DNA of 64,000 nucleotides from Eledone cirrhosa (Eukaryota): NCBI GenBank assembly GCA_964016885.1, contig OZ024742.1, positions 306,590,001 through 306,654,000 of the forward strand. Direction: 5' to 3'. Shown one piece after another: positions 28,628 to 43,182 of this stretch. The notes beneath the pieces are model-generated. The model ran no database searches. It saw only the letters and a list, made by a program, of their open reading frames with translations, and was not told the origin of the DNA. The position numbers were made by a program, and so were the translations under genes. Position 1 is the first letter of the stretch. Each line of letters opens with the position of its first letter.

Positions 28628-29774
28628 GTATACAATCTGGCAGCTTAAGGACAGAAACCTAGAATATAAGATCAGCTGGTCAAAATTATCGGTAGCGAAA
28701 TCTTACAGCAGCGGGATGTCCCACTGCGGGCTTTGTAATTTAGAACTACTATATATTTTAAGGTACGATGGGATGCTGCTTAAAAGCAAAATAGAAAGAT
28801 CTATTTTCTGTAGATATAAAATAGCTACTAGATTCACAAACTTTAAACCACCATGAATTGAACCAGCAATCCCAAAATTAGTACTGACCCACCGAGATTT
28901 TAACATATAGAATACACACCATCGCACTGCTATTAACTATCAAACGGCCGACCGGTCACTGGATCATAAATCTCTGAACATTTCTTTCACCCTCTCTCCC
29001 TGAAACAACATCAACCCAATTAAGATAGAACAATCAGCAAAACATTTACAAAAAGCGTTTATCAAATGACCCGTCATCCCTAGCCCATAAATATCCAGCA
29101 ATTAATCTCTAATTTATTGTCTCTTTTATCGGACCCTCTACACATATTTATGTACATCTCGAATCTAGTTTCCCACCAACGAATCCTTATAAGAACACTT
29201 ACTAAAAACTAGTACTATGTACTTACAAGCTCTCACTTATTTATTCATATATTTATATTTTCCATTCTCTCATTTGTTTACTTTTTATGTACCCTATCTT
29301 ATATTCTACTTTTACTTTTTACATCTTTAACTTCTCTACCTATTTACCATACATGTATTATTATTGATGTTATTGTTTAGATTATACGCTATTTTATTAT
29401 TGATGTTATTGTTTTAATTATACGCTATTTCTCTATATAAGTCTTGCCTCAAGTAATTTACCTTCCTACATACTCTGATGTGTTGACCATAGGTGAATAA
29501 TGTATTGGAGATCGAATAACGCAACATCAAGCGATTAGCGAACTCTAGACCCACATGATCAACGAAACAATTGTCAGTACTTTAAATAAAGCCGTTATTG
29601 TACAGCCAACCATGTTAATCTTCATTCTTTAACTATTATTACTCTAAGTATAACCTGCATAGAAATTACCGCGAACTCGCCGCATAACTGTAAAAGCATC
29701 TTGACTCGTACGTTAGAACTATCCACGACGCAGAGCACTCACAACTGGATTACCTATAACGATAACTCGTTATC

Positions 29775-29778
<4 letters not shown>
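28628..29778 (+). mobile_element. PLE 3' fragment (family F): endonuclease C-terminus, 3' UTR, hammerhead and tail
   Basis: IWQLKDRNLEYKISW...SYSSGMSHCGLCNLELLYIL parallels the C-terminus of the 49131 ORF; 3' part shared with 61614-61947. Confidence 0.85.
29471..29579 (+). ncRNA. Hammerhead-like motif with variant core
   Basis: TACT CTGATGT GTTGA..(long)..TCAAC GAAA CAATTG TC AGTA; palindromic stem III. Confidence 0.6.
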
Positions 29779-29837
<59 letters not shown>

Positions 29838-29841
<4 letters not shown>

Positions 29842-30411
29842 GATAAATCTACCAAGAGTTTACGGTAGTGTCCAATCCATATGAAGAACTCAATGTATTC
29901 CGGATATCATGGAAAGAAGAGATGCAATGAAAAATCACTTTCGGTGAAAGATAAACGGAATACAGAGTCAAGATAAAATATTAAACAAATAATGAATAAA
30001 ACAATGAAACAGTTCCTTATATTAAACAAAAAAAGTTCATTATTTAACGATCGTTTCTAGGATATATATGTGTTAGAATTGGCATGCATATTCAACAGAT
30101 CTATGTACAAAATTATACAAAATTATACAAACTATCAAGATTAAATATACATACCAAACACACATATATGCCGTCTTCAGAAATAATCTTTAAAAGATTA
30201 TAAAGATTATTTCTGAAGACGGCATATATGTGTGTTTGGTATGTATATTTAATCTTGATAGTTTGTATAATTTTGTATAATTTTGTACATAGATCTGTTG
30301 AATATGCATGCCAATTCTAACACATATATATCCTAGAAACGATCGTTAAATAATGAACTTTTTTTGTTTAATATAAGGAACTGTTTCATTGTTTTATTCA
30401 TTATTTGTTTA

Positions 30412-30420
<9 letters not shown>
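29838..30420. mobile_element. Fold-back element with ~220-bp apparently perfect arms
   Basis: Tail 29838-29972; arms 29973-30192 / 30201-30420; (TA)n flanks. Confidence 0.85.
30206..30354 (+). ncRNA. Type I hammerhead with ~115-nt stem II (mirror copy 30039-30187 on minus)
   Basis: ATTATTT CTGAAGA cggCATATATGTGT...ACACATATAT.. GAAA CGATCG TT AAATAAT. Confidence 0.7.
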
Positions 30421-30454
<34 letters not shown>

Positions 30455-31027
30455 ATTGATTTACCACATGCCTTGTCTCAACTCAAGTTATATTCGTCAC
30501 CATGAGGATGTTGTATAAATTGCTTTCTGAATGTGTGAAACATACTCATGTAATTGAGAAGCGAACATCTTATCATATATACACAATTAGGTAACTAATC
30601 AATATAGCATTACATCTATTAAATTTAAATTCTCTTGATACAAACAGGGTTATGCTGACATTAATTTTGAATAAATAATTCAATGGTTTTTAAATTATGA
30701 AAAATGTTTTTTCGTTGTTCACATCCACGATCAAAAATACTTTTTTTTTCCTTTTGAATACATATTATTTAAATCGATCTCTAATTTCAGAAAGATAATT
30801 TTATCTATTAATATTGGAGCACGTTTGGGAATGTCTAACATGTTTTCTTTTACTTCAGTATATTGATTTCAAGCAGTTTGTAATCGGTTAACCACACCTC
30901 AGTACTCCACCGGTACTGATTTCATCACAGGTTAAAAATAGAGATAAAAAACAACCAAAGGTATTTTGTCCCTAAAGATGTTCCGCATCCTCACGCTCGA
31001 CAGTATATATATACACACATATATATA

Positions 31028-31918
31028 TGAGGTAGGTCAGAAAAGTTCCAGGACTGATGTTACAAAAGATTTATTTCAAACCAAAACTTCACACTAAGAG
31101 TTTTCTCCTTCAAAGTAATCCCTCTGGAGTCTCATGCACTTTTCCATCCTTTTCTGCCACGCTTGCATGCACTCCTGGAAGGATTCTTCCGCGGTCCTCC
31201 GCAGTTCCGTCCTCACGGCCTTTTTGATGTCGTCCACGTCTTCAAAACGGGTCCTCTCCGGGTCGTACACGAAGATCCATGACACCGGTGATGACTGTCC
31301 CTAGCAAGTCTGGTTCGGTTTCAAGCCGCTCGAGGATGTCATAGCACACTTGCATGCGTCGACCCTTCTGGTCATCGTTCAGTAGTGTTGGCACAATCTT
31401 CGCGCAGACTTCCCGCATGTCCAAATCTTCAGTGAGAATCTTCCAGACGCTGTCCCGATTCATGCCCAGCTCATTTGCCATCAGTCGAACAGTTAGCCGA
31501 CGATCGCAACGCATCATCTGCCTGACGCGCTCAACGTTGACCTCAGTCCTGGCTGTTGAGGGCATTCCGATCCTGGCGTCATCTTCCACGTCCTCGCGTC
31601 CTTCTTTAAACCTCTTGCACCACTCAAAAACACGTGAGCGTGACATCGTCTCATCTCCATACACTTGCTGCAGCAATTCAAGTGCTTCTGATGGAGTTTT
31701 CAAGTTTGTTCGTTGCTCTGTGCCCATTGCTTGACGACCTGAAACAGGGGACATGTATATAAAATTATGAAGAAAAAAGTTTGATCGCTGCAGAGAGCTA
31801 AGATTACAGTTATATACTCCAGGGGGATTACTTTGAAGGAGAAAACTCCTGGTGTGAAGTTTGGGTTTGAAATAAATCTTTTGTGACATCAGTCCTGGAA
31901 CTTTTCTGACCCACCTCG
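31028..31918 (-). mobile_element. Mariner (Tc1/mariner) DNA transposon, internally deleted
   Basis: TA flanks; inverted repeats ~31028-31130 / 31816-31918; HTH region VYGDETMSRSRVFEWCKRFKEGREDVED, AKIVP, VITG..SWIFVYDPE joined directly to the C-terminal ...DYFEG; most of the DD34D domain is missing. Confidence 0.93.
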
Positions 31919-33180
31919 TATATATATATATATATACTGCGTAAAATCCCGTGGCTAGAAGGATGCTGGCGAGGTGAGAGAGCGCGGAGAGAGTGAGAGA
32001 GGGGGAAGAGAGAGAGAAGATTTTGTATGTATATATAATAAATTATAATATAACACAGGCCAAACCACGTGGTGTGCATATAGATAATTCAAAATGTAGA
32101 GGATCGTAAACCTACTTGTTATAAAAGGCCTTCATTGGGTTGTTCGGGCCATGTGGTCGAATCAACGATTTAGTGAGAGCAGATAGTTATATAAACATAA
32201 AAACTGCGCTAAAGTTTAAAATATTTTGCTGAAAACTATGTATAGGCTACACAGAGAGATATGATATATACGAAATAATATGGAAAATATTTCAAATATA
32301 ACATCACTGATTAACTGGTTTTAAGTTGGTGTTGTTTGGCGTTTACCAATCCTAGTTAAACAGAACGATAATGATTATAAACGTTCCAACATAGAACCAT
32401 CTAATCCTTGAAGAATATCTAGAATTGGATTTTCTAATGCTTACGGTTTAACCCTTTAGCATTTACATTACTCTATATATACTATTGTATTTTTGCTGTA
32501 AAGGCTTTAGCTCACATAATTATCGCACATAATATCGAATCTATGAAATTTTGATATTATTTATTTTGAGAATAATACCCTAACGTCGGTGTGAGTGGCC
32601 ATTTACGGCCGGTTTAAACAGAAAGAAGTGAGAGAATTCTGGCCGGATATAGCTGGTTGATATGCTAAAGGGTTAGGTGATGTTTGACACACAGACGGTC
32701 TTTTAATGAGTCGTGAGACGTATTACACATTAATATATACATAGAAACACATATTCACACACATTGGAACATGATTTTGAAATAACTCAATACTTTAAGA
32801 ATTAGAACAAAAAGGGTGGAATTTTATCTAAATCTTCGTCATCATGTCATTTATATGTGTGTGTGCGTGTCTGCGTGCGTGCGTGTGCGTGTGCGTGTGT
32901 GTGTGTACGTAATTATCCATATGTACACACTTATATATACACACACAGACACAGTCTAGAGAGGAGCTCTTCCAGAAATCTCAACCACTTAACGTTTCGA
33001 CAGAATTACATAGTAAAAAAGTAACTTTTGGTGTAGATAGAGACAAATATACGATTGGGAAGCAAGTGACGGAGAGAAACTAAAGAATAAAACTAGGACT
33101 AAATAAAAATATACAGAAAAGAGAAAGACATGAACAAAGAAAGATTCTCTGAAAGCATTACATAGAAATAAATCATAAGA

Positions 33181-33234
<54 letters not shown>

Positions 33235-33342
33235 GGGGGTATGTCGGTGGGGGTGTGCGTGTACTGGATTGGAATCAATGATAAACATGATGATAATGGG
33301 AAACAGAAGTAGGAAAAGAAACGGAAAAAGATACATACGCAG

Positions 33343-33378
<36 letters not shown>

Positions 33379-33500
33379 ATGTGTGTGTATCTGGATCTGT
33401 ATATACATGTGCGTTTATTTGTGTGGGTCGGTATTATTTTGGATGTGTATATATATGTGCGTTTGTTTGTGTGGGTCTGTATTATTTTGTGTGTGCACGA

Positions 33501-33598
<98 letters not shown>

Positions 33599-34451
33599 TA
33601 CATATATATATAAAGAGAGACAGATAGAGAGAGGGGGGAAGGAGAGAGATAGAGAGGGAGGGAGAGAGACAGAGACGAAGAAAGATAGAGTAGGAGAGAG
33701 AAAAGAAGGTAAACAATATGAGTAAATAGAAAGCAAATGTCAAAAAAGTGTTAAATGAAAAAAATACATTATAAAGAAAAGTCGTTTAAATAGTAAAAGA
33801 AAAATATAAAAAAAAATGATGGGGAAAATCGAACTAATGAAAGAAAAAGAAGTGATGAGTTTGAACTAATTCTCATAGCCGAAGTACAAAATAAGACTGT
33901 TTTGAAAATACGGAAATGACGTAAAAATGTGTTAAGATCGGAAACCACGCTACATATCGTTGTCATCGTCTGCCTGATCTAGTCAGTAAGGGGACAAATA
34001 TTTACAACAAATTTTCTTCTTTCCCTCTAGCTTCCTTTTGTGCTGTGTACGTTTTTTTATTTATTCTTTTTTTTTATAGCTATTTTCCTCTTATTTTCTC
34101 TCTTTCTATTACAGGGAGCATCTAGGTGAAAAATACTACGGAAAAGGAAAGAAAATGGAGTGAAAAACAACGGGTGAGTATGAGGTGGAGAGGATTGAAG
34201 GTGGAGAGAATGAATGAGAGTAAAAATTGTGAGTTTATTTAGATCATTCCATTTGTTGTTTTAACAGGAGGGGCGGAAAAGAGGATGTGAGGAATGGATG
34301 AACATATAAAAATACTGAAAGAGTGAAAAACAAACTGACAGATAGTCAAATACAAAGGAGATGCGAAGAGGCATTAAATAACACAGTAGAAAAAAGTGAG
34401 AGAAAAGCAAACGATAGCTCGATGATAGGTGTGAGCAACATAAGTTATGTA

Positions 34452-34628
<177 letters not shown>

Positions 34629-34659
34629 GTCATATATGTATATATATATATATATATAT

Positions 34660-34878
34660 ATAGGAGAAAGTATGACCTCGACGGCAGAGCTCAAGCCATT
34701 TCGACGGCCATTTTTTTTTTTCTATTTTTTTTTTCTTTAGTCCAGAAATAGCCGTCGAAACGGCTTGAGTTCTGCCGTCGAGGTCATACTTTCTCCTATT
34801 ACCCACTCTACTACCCTAAGTATTGAGTACTCTGGTGCATTATGAATTATCTGGTTCCTTCACACAACTCCTTCATTA
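34660..34878. mobile_element. Micro fold-back (family D)
   Basis: Arms 34660-34709 / 34750-34799, tail 34800-34878; relatives at 36831, 55229 and 60141. Confidence 0.8.
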
Positions 34879-34881
34879 TAT

Positions 34882-35062
34882 TTGGCAGTATCGGTAGAGG
34901 GTCGGACACTATGATTTGACGCATAGAGATACGGCCCTTGCCATTCTGAGTTCAAATCCCGCCGAGGTTAACTTTGCCTTTCATCCTTACGGGGTCGATA
35001 AAATAAAGTACCAGTAATGTACTGAGTAATTGCTGGCCTTGTGCCAATAGTAGAAACAATTA
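34882..35062 (+). mobile_element. SINE S1
   Basis: TGGCAGTATCGG A box, B box, conserved body. Confidence 0.88.
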
Positions 35063-35078
35063 TATATATATATATATA

Positions 35079-35900
35079 TATGAAATATAAGAATCAAAGA
35101 ACTGTTCAAAACATTATTGTGCTTACAGCTGTTTCCTCCAAACCGAGGTTTGGATTCTTCGGAGCAATTTATTAATGCATGGACAGTTATATGACCTCCT
35201 TTTCAATATCGAATTGTCGTGGATTATGTGAGTGGCATATAATCGAAAAATACACTCCCCTGACCATGAAAATGTCGAAGTACATGAAATACTGGACATC
35301 CCTTCGCTGTGCATCTCCAATACTTTTAACTCTTTTAATGCTTGCACTATTTTTAATGCTTATAACATTTCTCCACACACAGACTATATCAATCATATAA
35401 AGAATTTGCCACCAGATCTACCAACCTAACACTCTTGTTTACCTACCTAAGTGCCTCTACCACACATATCTCTCTGCCACACTATATAAACAAGACGCAC
35501 ATGCGTGCCACACATATAACATTTGCACTATATAACCGCTTATCTTCATGTTGTATTTTAACCTGTATTTTTGATTTTTGATTGTACCTCTTAATATAAA
35601 TGTAATCTCGAAGTGTGTACTGCCACTCTAAATTCTGTAATGAATGTTGACCCACAATGTTTGAATATGTATCAATGTTTGAATATGTATCGGTATGTCT
35701 CTCGGCTGAAAAGGAGGTCATATAACTGTCCATACATTAATAAATTGCTCCGAAGAATCCAAACCTCGGTTTGGAGGAAACAGCTGTAAGCACAATAATG
35801 TTTTGAACAGTTCTTTGATTCTTATATTTCATATAACTGCTCTGTAAATCATCTGATTTTTTTACATTGAGCTACTTAACTTACTGGTAATAAGGTAGTA
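35079..35900. mobile_element. Fold-back PLE derivative with paired hammerheads
   Basis: Arms 35079-35205 / 35707-35833, tail to ~35900. Confidence 0.8.
35746..35792 (+). ncRNA. Type I hammerhead, U4C core variant (mirror copy 35120-35166 on minus)
   Basis: TGCT CCGAAGA aTCCAAACCtcGGTTTGGAg GAAA CAGCTG TA AGCA. Confidence 0.7.
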
Positions 35901-35993
35901 ATACATTACTGCCTACCACTATTTAGGGTGTGTGTAAAATACTTATAACTGCATAAGGTTTTGTATTTACATAACCATAAATAGTATAACTAA

Positions 35994-36024
<31 letters not shown>

Positions 36025-36030
<6 letters not shown>

Positions 36031-36619
36031 TATGTACACGTACATACATATATGTATACAGACGTACAGAAGTATGTATATATATATACACATACATGCA
36101 CACATATATATATGTACATATGGATTCACCGAACATTTATTATAATGCTCGGTGTGTTTGTAAACAACCATCCCGCATTAAGCCGTAGTGTCTAGCAACC
36201 ATCGTTGCTCGTTTGATCAACACTGACAAAGGAACGCTGTACTAGTTTCAAGCTTATTAGCTATTGTCAGCAACGTATACCTTCCTGCCAGATTGTTGAA
36301 CGTATATACTTACTTTATGCATATTAACGGCTGAGTAGCCCAATTTGCATATCGAGTGGGTTAATCGGCCGGGTGCACCGACAACGATAAACGGAGAAAA
36401 TGAAACGAAATTTCATTTCCCACTCTTAGCACGGCTGTTACTTAAATATAATATGTATATATAAGTATGCCATATATATATGTGTGCATGTATGTATATA
36501 TATATATATATACATACTACTGTACGTCTGTATACATATATGTATGTACGTGTACATACTTATATTTAAGTAACAGCCGTACTAAGAGTGGGAAATGAAA
36601 TTTCGTTTCATTATTTTCC

Positions 36620-36624
<5 letters not shown>
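36025..36624. mobile_element. Retrozyme-like family E: one full circularly permuted unit (minus) plus an inverted partial arm
   Basis: 36025-36451 reads once around the 429-bp unit seen in tandem at 53844-54604; hammerhead at 36235-36275 (minus). Confidence 0.8.
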
Positions 36625-36674
<50 letters not shown>

Positions 36675-36706
36675 TATATATATATATATACATATATATG
36701 TGTGTT

Positions 36707-36756
<50 letters not shown>

Positions 36757-36790
36757 TATATATATATATATATACATATATATGTGTGTT

Positions 36791-36830
<40 letters not shown>

Positions 36831-36833
<3 letters not shown>

Positions 36834-36984
36834 CGAAGGAAATGTGGTAAGGAACCAGATGGACCACAACGCACCAAAGTACTCAATACTTAAGGTAGTA
36901 GAGTGGGTAATAGGAACAAGTATGACCCAACGGCAGAGCTCAAGCCGTTTCGACGGCTAATTCTGGACCCACCAGCGTTCTACC

Positions 36985-36988
<4 letters not shown>
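36831..36988 (-). mobile_element. Family D tail+arm joined to 20 nt of another family's tail
   Basis: 36831-36960 matches 60141-60262; 36969-36988 is the reverse complement of 37027-37046. Confidence 0.7.
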
Positions 36989-37026
<38 letters not shown>

Positions 37027-37030
<4 letters not shown>

Positions 37031-37191
37031 GGTAGAACACTGGTGGCTTATATCATATCCATAATAGCAGAGCACTCAGTCCATGGGACGAATTTGGTGG
37101 AAATAGTTCCACAACAGTTAGTTCGCCATACCGAGAACAAGAGGATGCGAATAAAGTGAAACATTTGTTTTCGGTATGGTGAACTAACTGT

Positions 37192-37196
<5 letters not shown>
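37027..37196. mobile_element. Micro fold-back in (TA)n
   Basis: Tail 37027-37109; arms ACAACAGTTAGTTCGCCATACCGAGAACAA / TTGTTTTCGGTATGGTGAACTAACTGTTGT. Confidence 0.7.
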
Positions 37197-37249
<53 letters not shown>

Positions 37250-38011
37250 AATCATAAATCTGTAGTAAATGTTAAATACTGAGAGGAAATTCTGAATCAA
37301 GCTTTCACAGTGCGGATTCCGGAAAGATCACAGGACAGGTTCCTAATTGATGCATGCTTAGGTAGAGAGTTTATTATGGTAACTATAAAAATCTAAACCA
37401 AGGGCCTATTCTGTTTCAGCTTACCTTCAAGATAACTAGCTATTCATACGTATTAAACGTGCAGGCCAGCTGAAATGGAATGACTCTCGGAAGTGATTCT
37501 ATTAATTACCCCCCCCCCCCTCTCTATATATATATATCACGATAAATTAACGGAGCAATAGACTCTCGCTATTCCCTGTCAATAATGTGCTCAAAGGAGA
37601 AGGAATCCTGAGGTATTTAAAATACAATATGTTGAAAAGGTAACACACTAGAGAGAGGTAGTGTGCCATCAATTAAACAGGGAAAAACACCAGTATGTGG
37701 AATCTATAACCTATGAAATGCAGGGTAGGCACACAATAATTAAAAATATAAATTAAAATGTATATACGCACCTCTAGAACTATATAACACACGCGTACAA
37801 ATCCAAAGAGATCTGTTTCGCCAGGAAGTTGTTGACTGAAATGAAATAGCCTATGGTTCATCATCGCGTGCAAGACTATACATTCCAGACAACTCTAATA
37901 GAATCTAAAGCGACCGTCCAGCTAGGTCCGGCAGAGAGATGTCACAGCGTGTATAAAGAATCTGGACCCCGATGGCTGAATTCTCGCCGTTTCAACATAT
38001 ATATATATATA

Positions 38012-38275
<264 letters not shown>

Positions 38276-39213
38276 AAAGGTAAACAGAAATAATATCACA
38301 ATCGGTACAGTATATGGAAGGTATATATTAGGTTAACGGGGGTCGGGGGGGGGGGGAGATCGAGAAGGGAGTTGAAAGTAGAGAGCGATAGGGAGAGGTG
38401 ATTATCAGAGACACAGCATAAATAAACACCCACCAATTGTTTATTTTTACTTTTCCACTATATAACATTATAATTTAGTATAAAATCTGAACTTGGTTAT
38501 ATTAATTTGTTCGTTCAAGCGCACCAATTCTCCTTGTTTTTAAAGGTAACACACAACGATATTTCGTTTCTTATTGTTCTTCGTGTTGGTGATACTTTTT
38601 AAGATTCATTATTCATTGTTATCTTTATACTTGTCCGTGTCTTATTTTCCAAATTGTAAAGAACTATGGAGACATGTCTATTGAAGTGTAATGTTGAGAA
38701 AAGTTCAGTGACATTCCTAACACTGAAGATGTACGATGTTTTGAAGTATTGACAGCAACATAATGAGGTAAATGTTTTGATCATATATCGTGTCTTTCTA
38801 TTATGACCTCTCACCTTTCTTTACCATTGACTAGATAATCAAAGGTTATTAAATGCCAAGCATGTAATTGATTTTGAGGTGATCGAAGAAACAGCAACAG
38901 ACAGACAGTTAAGTATTAGATTTTACTTTTTCATATTAAGATTTCTTCCATCTTTGTTGTCTATCGCCTTTATATTGTTTTCTATTTGATGTGTGTTATA
39001 TCGATATCCCCTTGTACATCAACATAGGGTGCAAGACATTCCAGACAACTCTAACAGAATCTAAAGCGACCGTCCAGCTACACGCTGCAGAGAGATGTCA
39101 CAGCGTGTTTAGGGCAGTGAACCAGTGGTATCTAAGGGACGAGCTGCATATCAATGGAAACTAAAGCGAAGAATGATTTTCTCACAAACTTTTCAGTCCA
39201 CGAAATATATTTC

Positions 39214-39491
39214 AGAGTGTCGGACTCCATGCTTTGCAGCATAGAGTTACGTCCCTTGTCATTCTGAGTTCAAATCCCGCCGAGGTTAACTTTGTCTTTC
39301 ATCCTTACGGGGTCGATCAAATAAAGTACCAGTAATGTACTGGTTAAATACTGGCCTTGTGCCTATACTAGAAATCATTATTTACTCGATTTGAGAGCGA
39401 TGGATTGTCAGTATCGGTAGAGCGTCGAACAACATGCTTAGTGGCATTGAGTTACGGCTCTTTATGTTCTGAGTTCAAATCCCGCCGAGGT
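39214..39491 (+). mobile_element. Two adjacent SINE S1 copies (39214-39381; 3'-truncated 39393-39491)
   Basis: B boxes and conserved body. Confidence 0.8.
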
Positions 39492-41721
39492 GCTTATGTT
39501 TTTATTTGATCAGAATCTACTCCTGAAAGCAGACTACACCTGAAGCACCTGGTTGACTTTATTGATATCTCTTCATCAACGCTTCCTGAGCTTGTGCTAA
39601 ATTATAAATTATCCTTATTGTTATTTGTTACCCTTAATTATCACTGAAGAAGAAACTTGTGAAGGTTTTTAAGATGGATGGTATTATTATACACTACAAA
39701 CAGACCAACTTAAATCGCAACTGTTTTTAACAAAAAAAGCATTAGATACTGTAGTCCTTATATATACTAGTAAAGTCGGGTGTAATTGCTTGAAGCGTAT
39801 CTAATCAGATGTCTATTTGATCAAGGTGAAACTGGGGAAAACACCATCAACAACAGCAACAGCAGAGGTATATGATTGTATGTGTATGGTATTGTAAACA
39901 GGTCGATTGCAATTACTTTAATCAGTGAATGTTTCTTTTTCTGTTTCAGCCATTGCAAAGTAGAGATTTCTCCTGTAACTATTGATGATAGAATGTAATC
40001 CTGCTAAGAGAGATTACCGCGTACGAAACATGGCTGAAGGGTTACATCAAGACTGTTACTTATGCCGAATTTCCTTAACCGTGTGCAGTTATTAGTAAAC
40101 CCCATGGCATGTGTCCTGATGCAATATACATTAATCACTTCATATCTTATACCAGTGACCAGGATTTAAATAAATGTGATTATTGATTTGTTGCACATAA
40201 GTCGTTATATGTCACCCTATTTCTTGAGCACATATTTATCTGCAGTTTTATTTCACTGGAAGTGGGTTTGATATAATATTCTAATCGAACAACCACACTA
40301 TAAATACATAGAGATACAGTAGAATGTTTATTGTTATTGTGGTTGTTTAGCTTCAAGTTAAACCTGATTGAACAGCTCAATGAACAAAAGCATTCCAGCA
40401 GAGACCATGCAATTTGTGATTCATATATGCTTCACACAGGACTACATTATCCAACGTGACCGTTAGGTGGGGTATTATTTGGTTGGTGCTTTTTACCAAA
40501 TGTAACGACTGCGTAGAGGTTTTCTCAAACAGTTGCTTTGTTGTGAAAGTTGTCAGTTAATTAGTTTTCTGATGTATTCGTTTGTTTGATCTTTGCTTTG
40601 CTTGAACCTATAATTTCAAAACATTTGCTGCCTGTATATAGCGTTAAGGGGTAGTTTTTGATCACCGATATCGACTTTGCTTGCTTTATTCGGCTAATTA
40701 TCAAGTAGAACCTTGATAAAGTCTAAATATTTCGGAGCGTATAATGGGCTTATAGTGTGCCTCTTTCCAATGTCTGTTTCTAAATCGCAACAAATTTGAC
40801 TGAAAATTAATATTTTATTCTTCATTAAAGTTATTTAGGCCGAACTCTGACTTTGGTTAGAGTGTTGTGTTTTATTTATACAGCTAATACTGGCGTAGGT
40901 ATATGAGCTGTTTGGGGTATTTAATGATAGGTATACAAAACACTACGTTATATAATGTGTCATATCTTTAAATGGAATATTGCGTCATTTGAGAGATGTT
41001 TCGCTGCTGTTTTAGCATGATTGGTAAAAGAGGCTTACATATTAGCTCGATCTCCGCATTAGCTAAATAAGCTCCATTTTTGTTGGACGATCTAGGTATG
41101 TATTTCTTCTCAGTCATGTTTTGTAAAAGAAACTGTATGGATTTAATGGACATATGACATTTTATTTTGTATTGTATATATGTCACTATAAGTCATTGCT
41201 CTATTCGAAAGCTGAATATTCTGTTTCTTTCCTTTTTACTTAATAGTTAAATTTAGGCTTTTCACCTTCACATATCTTGCATAATCTTGGATTATTATCT
41301 ACATGTGGAGAAATTTGCATATATACACTACTGACGAAGAACAATATTGAACTAATCGATATAAGATGGAGCAAATGAGACATATGGTATTATAGAAGCA
41401 ATAATATCTTTAACACTGCATTCGATGATGGGAAAAATTATACTTTAAATAGATATGAAATCGGAGAATTTATAGATATCAATACAGATTAGACAAGAAC
41501 GGTGGGTTTTTAGCCGGAATATGAAACTAAAGTATCGGATTATAAAATCCAATCTAAAAATACGCAATATATACATACATATATGAATACATATATGCTT
41601 ATATAAATGCATACATATATTATGCACTCACACATACGCACACACACACACGCACGCACACACACGCACGCACACACACACACGCACGCACACGCACGTA
41701 CACACACACACACACACACAC

Positions 41722-41782
<61 letters not shown>

Positions 41783-42223
41783 TATATCATACACATATGC
41801 ATATATATTCACATACATAAATATACATATATCCATACATGTATATACTTACATATATGTACATATATAAACAAGTTTAAATGAGTAGATAGTAAAACCA
41901 TATGAAGGCAAAGGAATTTTAAAAACTCAATTCCATTTCATAGTCCACAGCATGAGAGGTAAAAACAGTTCAGAGTTGAATCCAATCGGTAAATTTCCAA
42001 GTATTTGAAATAAAGCATTTACTTGATTTGCGACCGTTTCTTTAAACTAACAAGAATATTACATTCCCGTTAAAATAAATCTTGTTTTCAAGAAAATATA
42101 CGGTGTATATTTCTTTACTTGTAATCGGCTCTAAGGAGTTATTTTAACAGAAATGGGATATTCCCAGTTAAATGCTTTAATTAAAATCTATGTTAATCTG
42201 TGTTCTTTATATATACATATATA

Positions 42224-42291
<68 letters not shown>

Positions 42292-42606
42292 CATGAATAC
42301 ATATACACAAAAATATACGTATATATACATATATATATATGCATACAAAAATAAATATATATATATATAAGTATAACTATATATATGGTGAGTAATATTA
42401 AATATTACCCAGTTACAAGTATGAATATAGCTCGATACCTGTCTTGTCCTAGGATGAAAGGAACGTTAGTTATTAAATTTTTAAGGCCCGAAGGCGGCCA
42501 GGACCTGCTAGCCCTAACTGAATTCGAGCCATACACATTTCTCTCTGCTTTTTAGCCCTTGGATTGTGTTTACCATTATCCCTTTATTATATAACATTTA
42601 TGTAAT

Positions 42607-42668
42607 AAACACCTGATGATGTCACCAGGGTCCTACGGAACTTGGTCATTGAAACGTACATAGTGTTT
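42607..42668 (+). ncRNA. Type I hammerhead ribozyme
   Basis: AAACAC CTGATGA tgtcACCA..TGGTcatt GAAA CGTACA TA GTGTTT; perfect 6-bp stem I. Confidence 0.7.
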
Positions 42669-43005
42669 GGTATGATAAATTTTTGAAGATATTTCACCAG
42701 CCGGGCGTTCTGTCATTTTACTCAATAATTATATATATATATATATACGCATACATTTATGTATTCTATAAATATATATCTACATATACATACACACACA
42801 CACACACACAGTCATGTGTGTGTGTAGATTTAGCGTACATTCATATAGATAAATCATTGATGGAAGATTTCAAAAGTTAGCGAAATTCATTCGATGATTC
42901 TTCAGTATAGTTTACTGCATTCATTTGTTTTCTACAGCCTATTTTAACATATACGTACATACATGTGATACATAAATTCATACATACATACATACATACA
43001 TATAT

Positions 43006-43073
<68 letters not shown>

Positions 43074-43124
43074 ATATGTATGTATGTTTATATATATATA
43101 TACACACACACTTATACATACATA

Positions 43125-43182
<58 letters not shown>

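Noticed and set aside
39930-40000. Possible terminal host exon after TTTCTTTTTCTGTTTCAG (HCKVEISPVTIDDRM*)
   Set aside because: Good acceptor but too short to recognise, and no partner exons identified; needs RNA-seq
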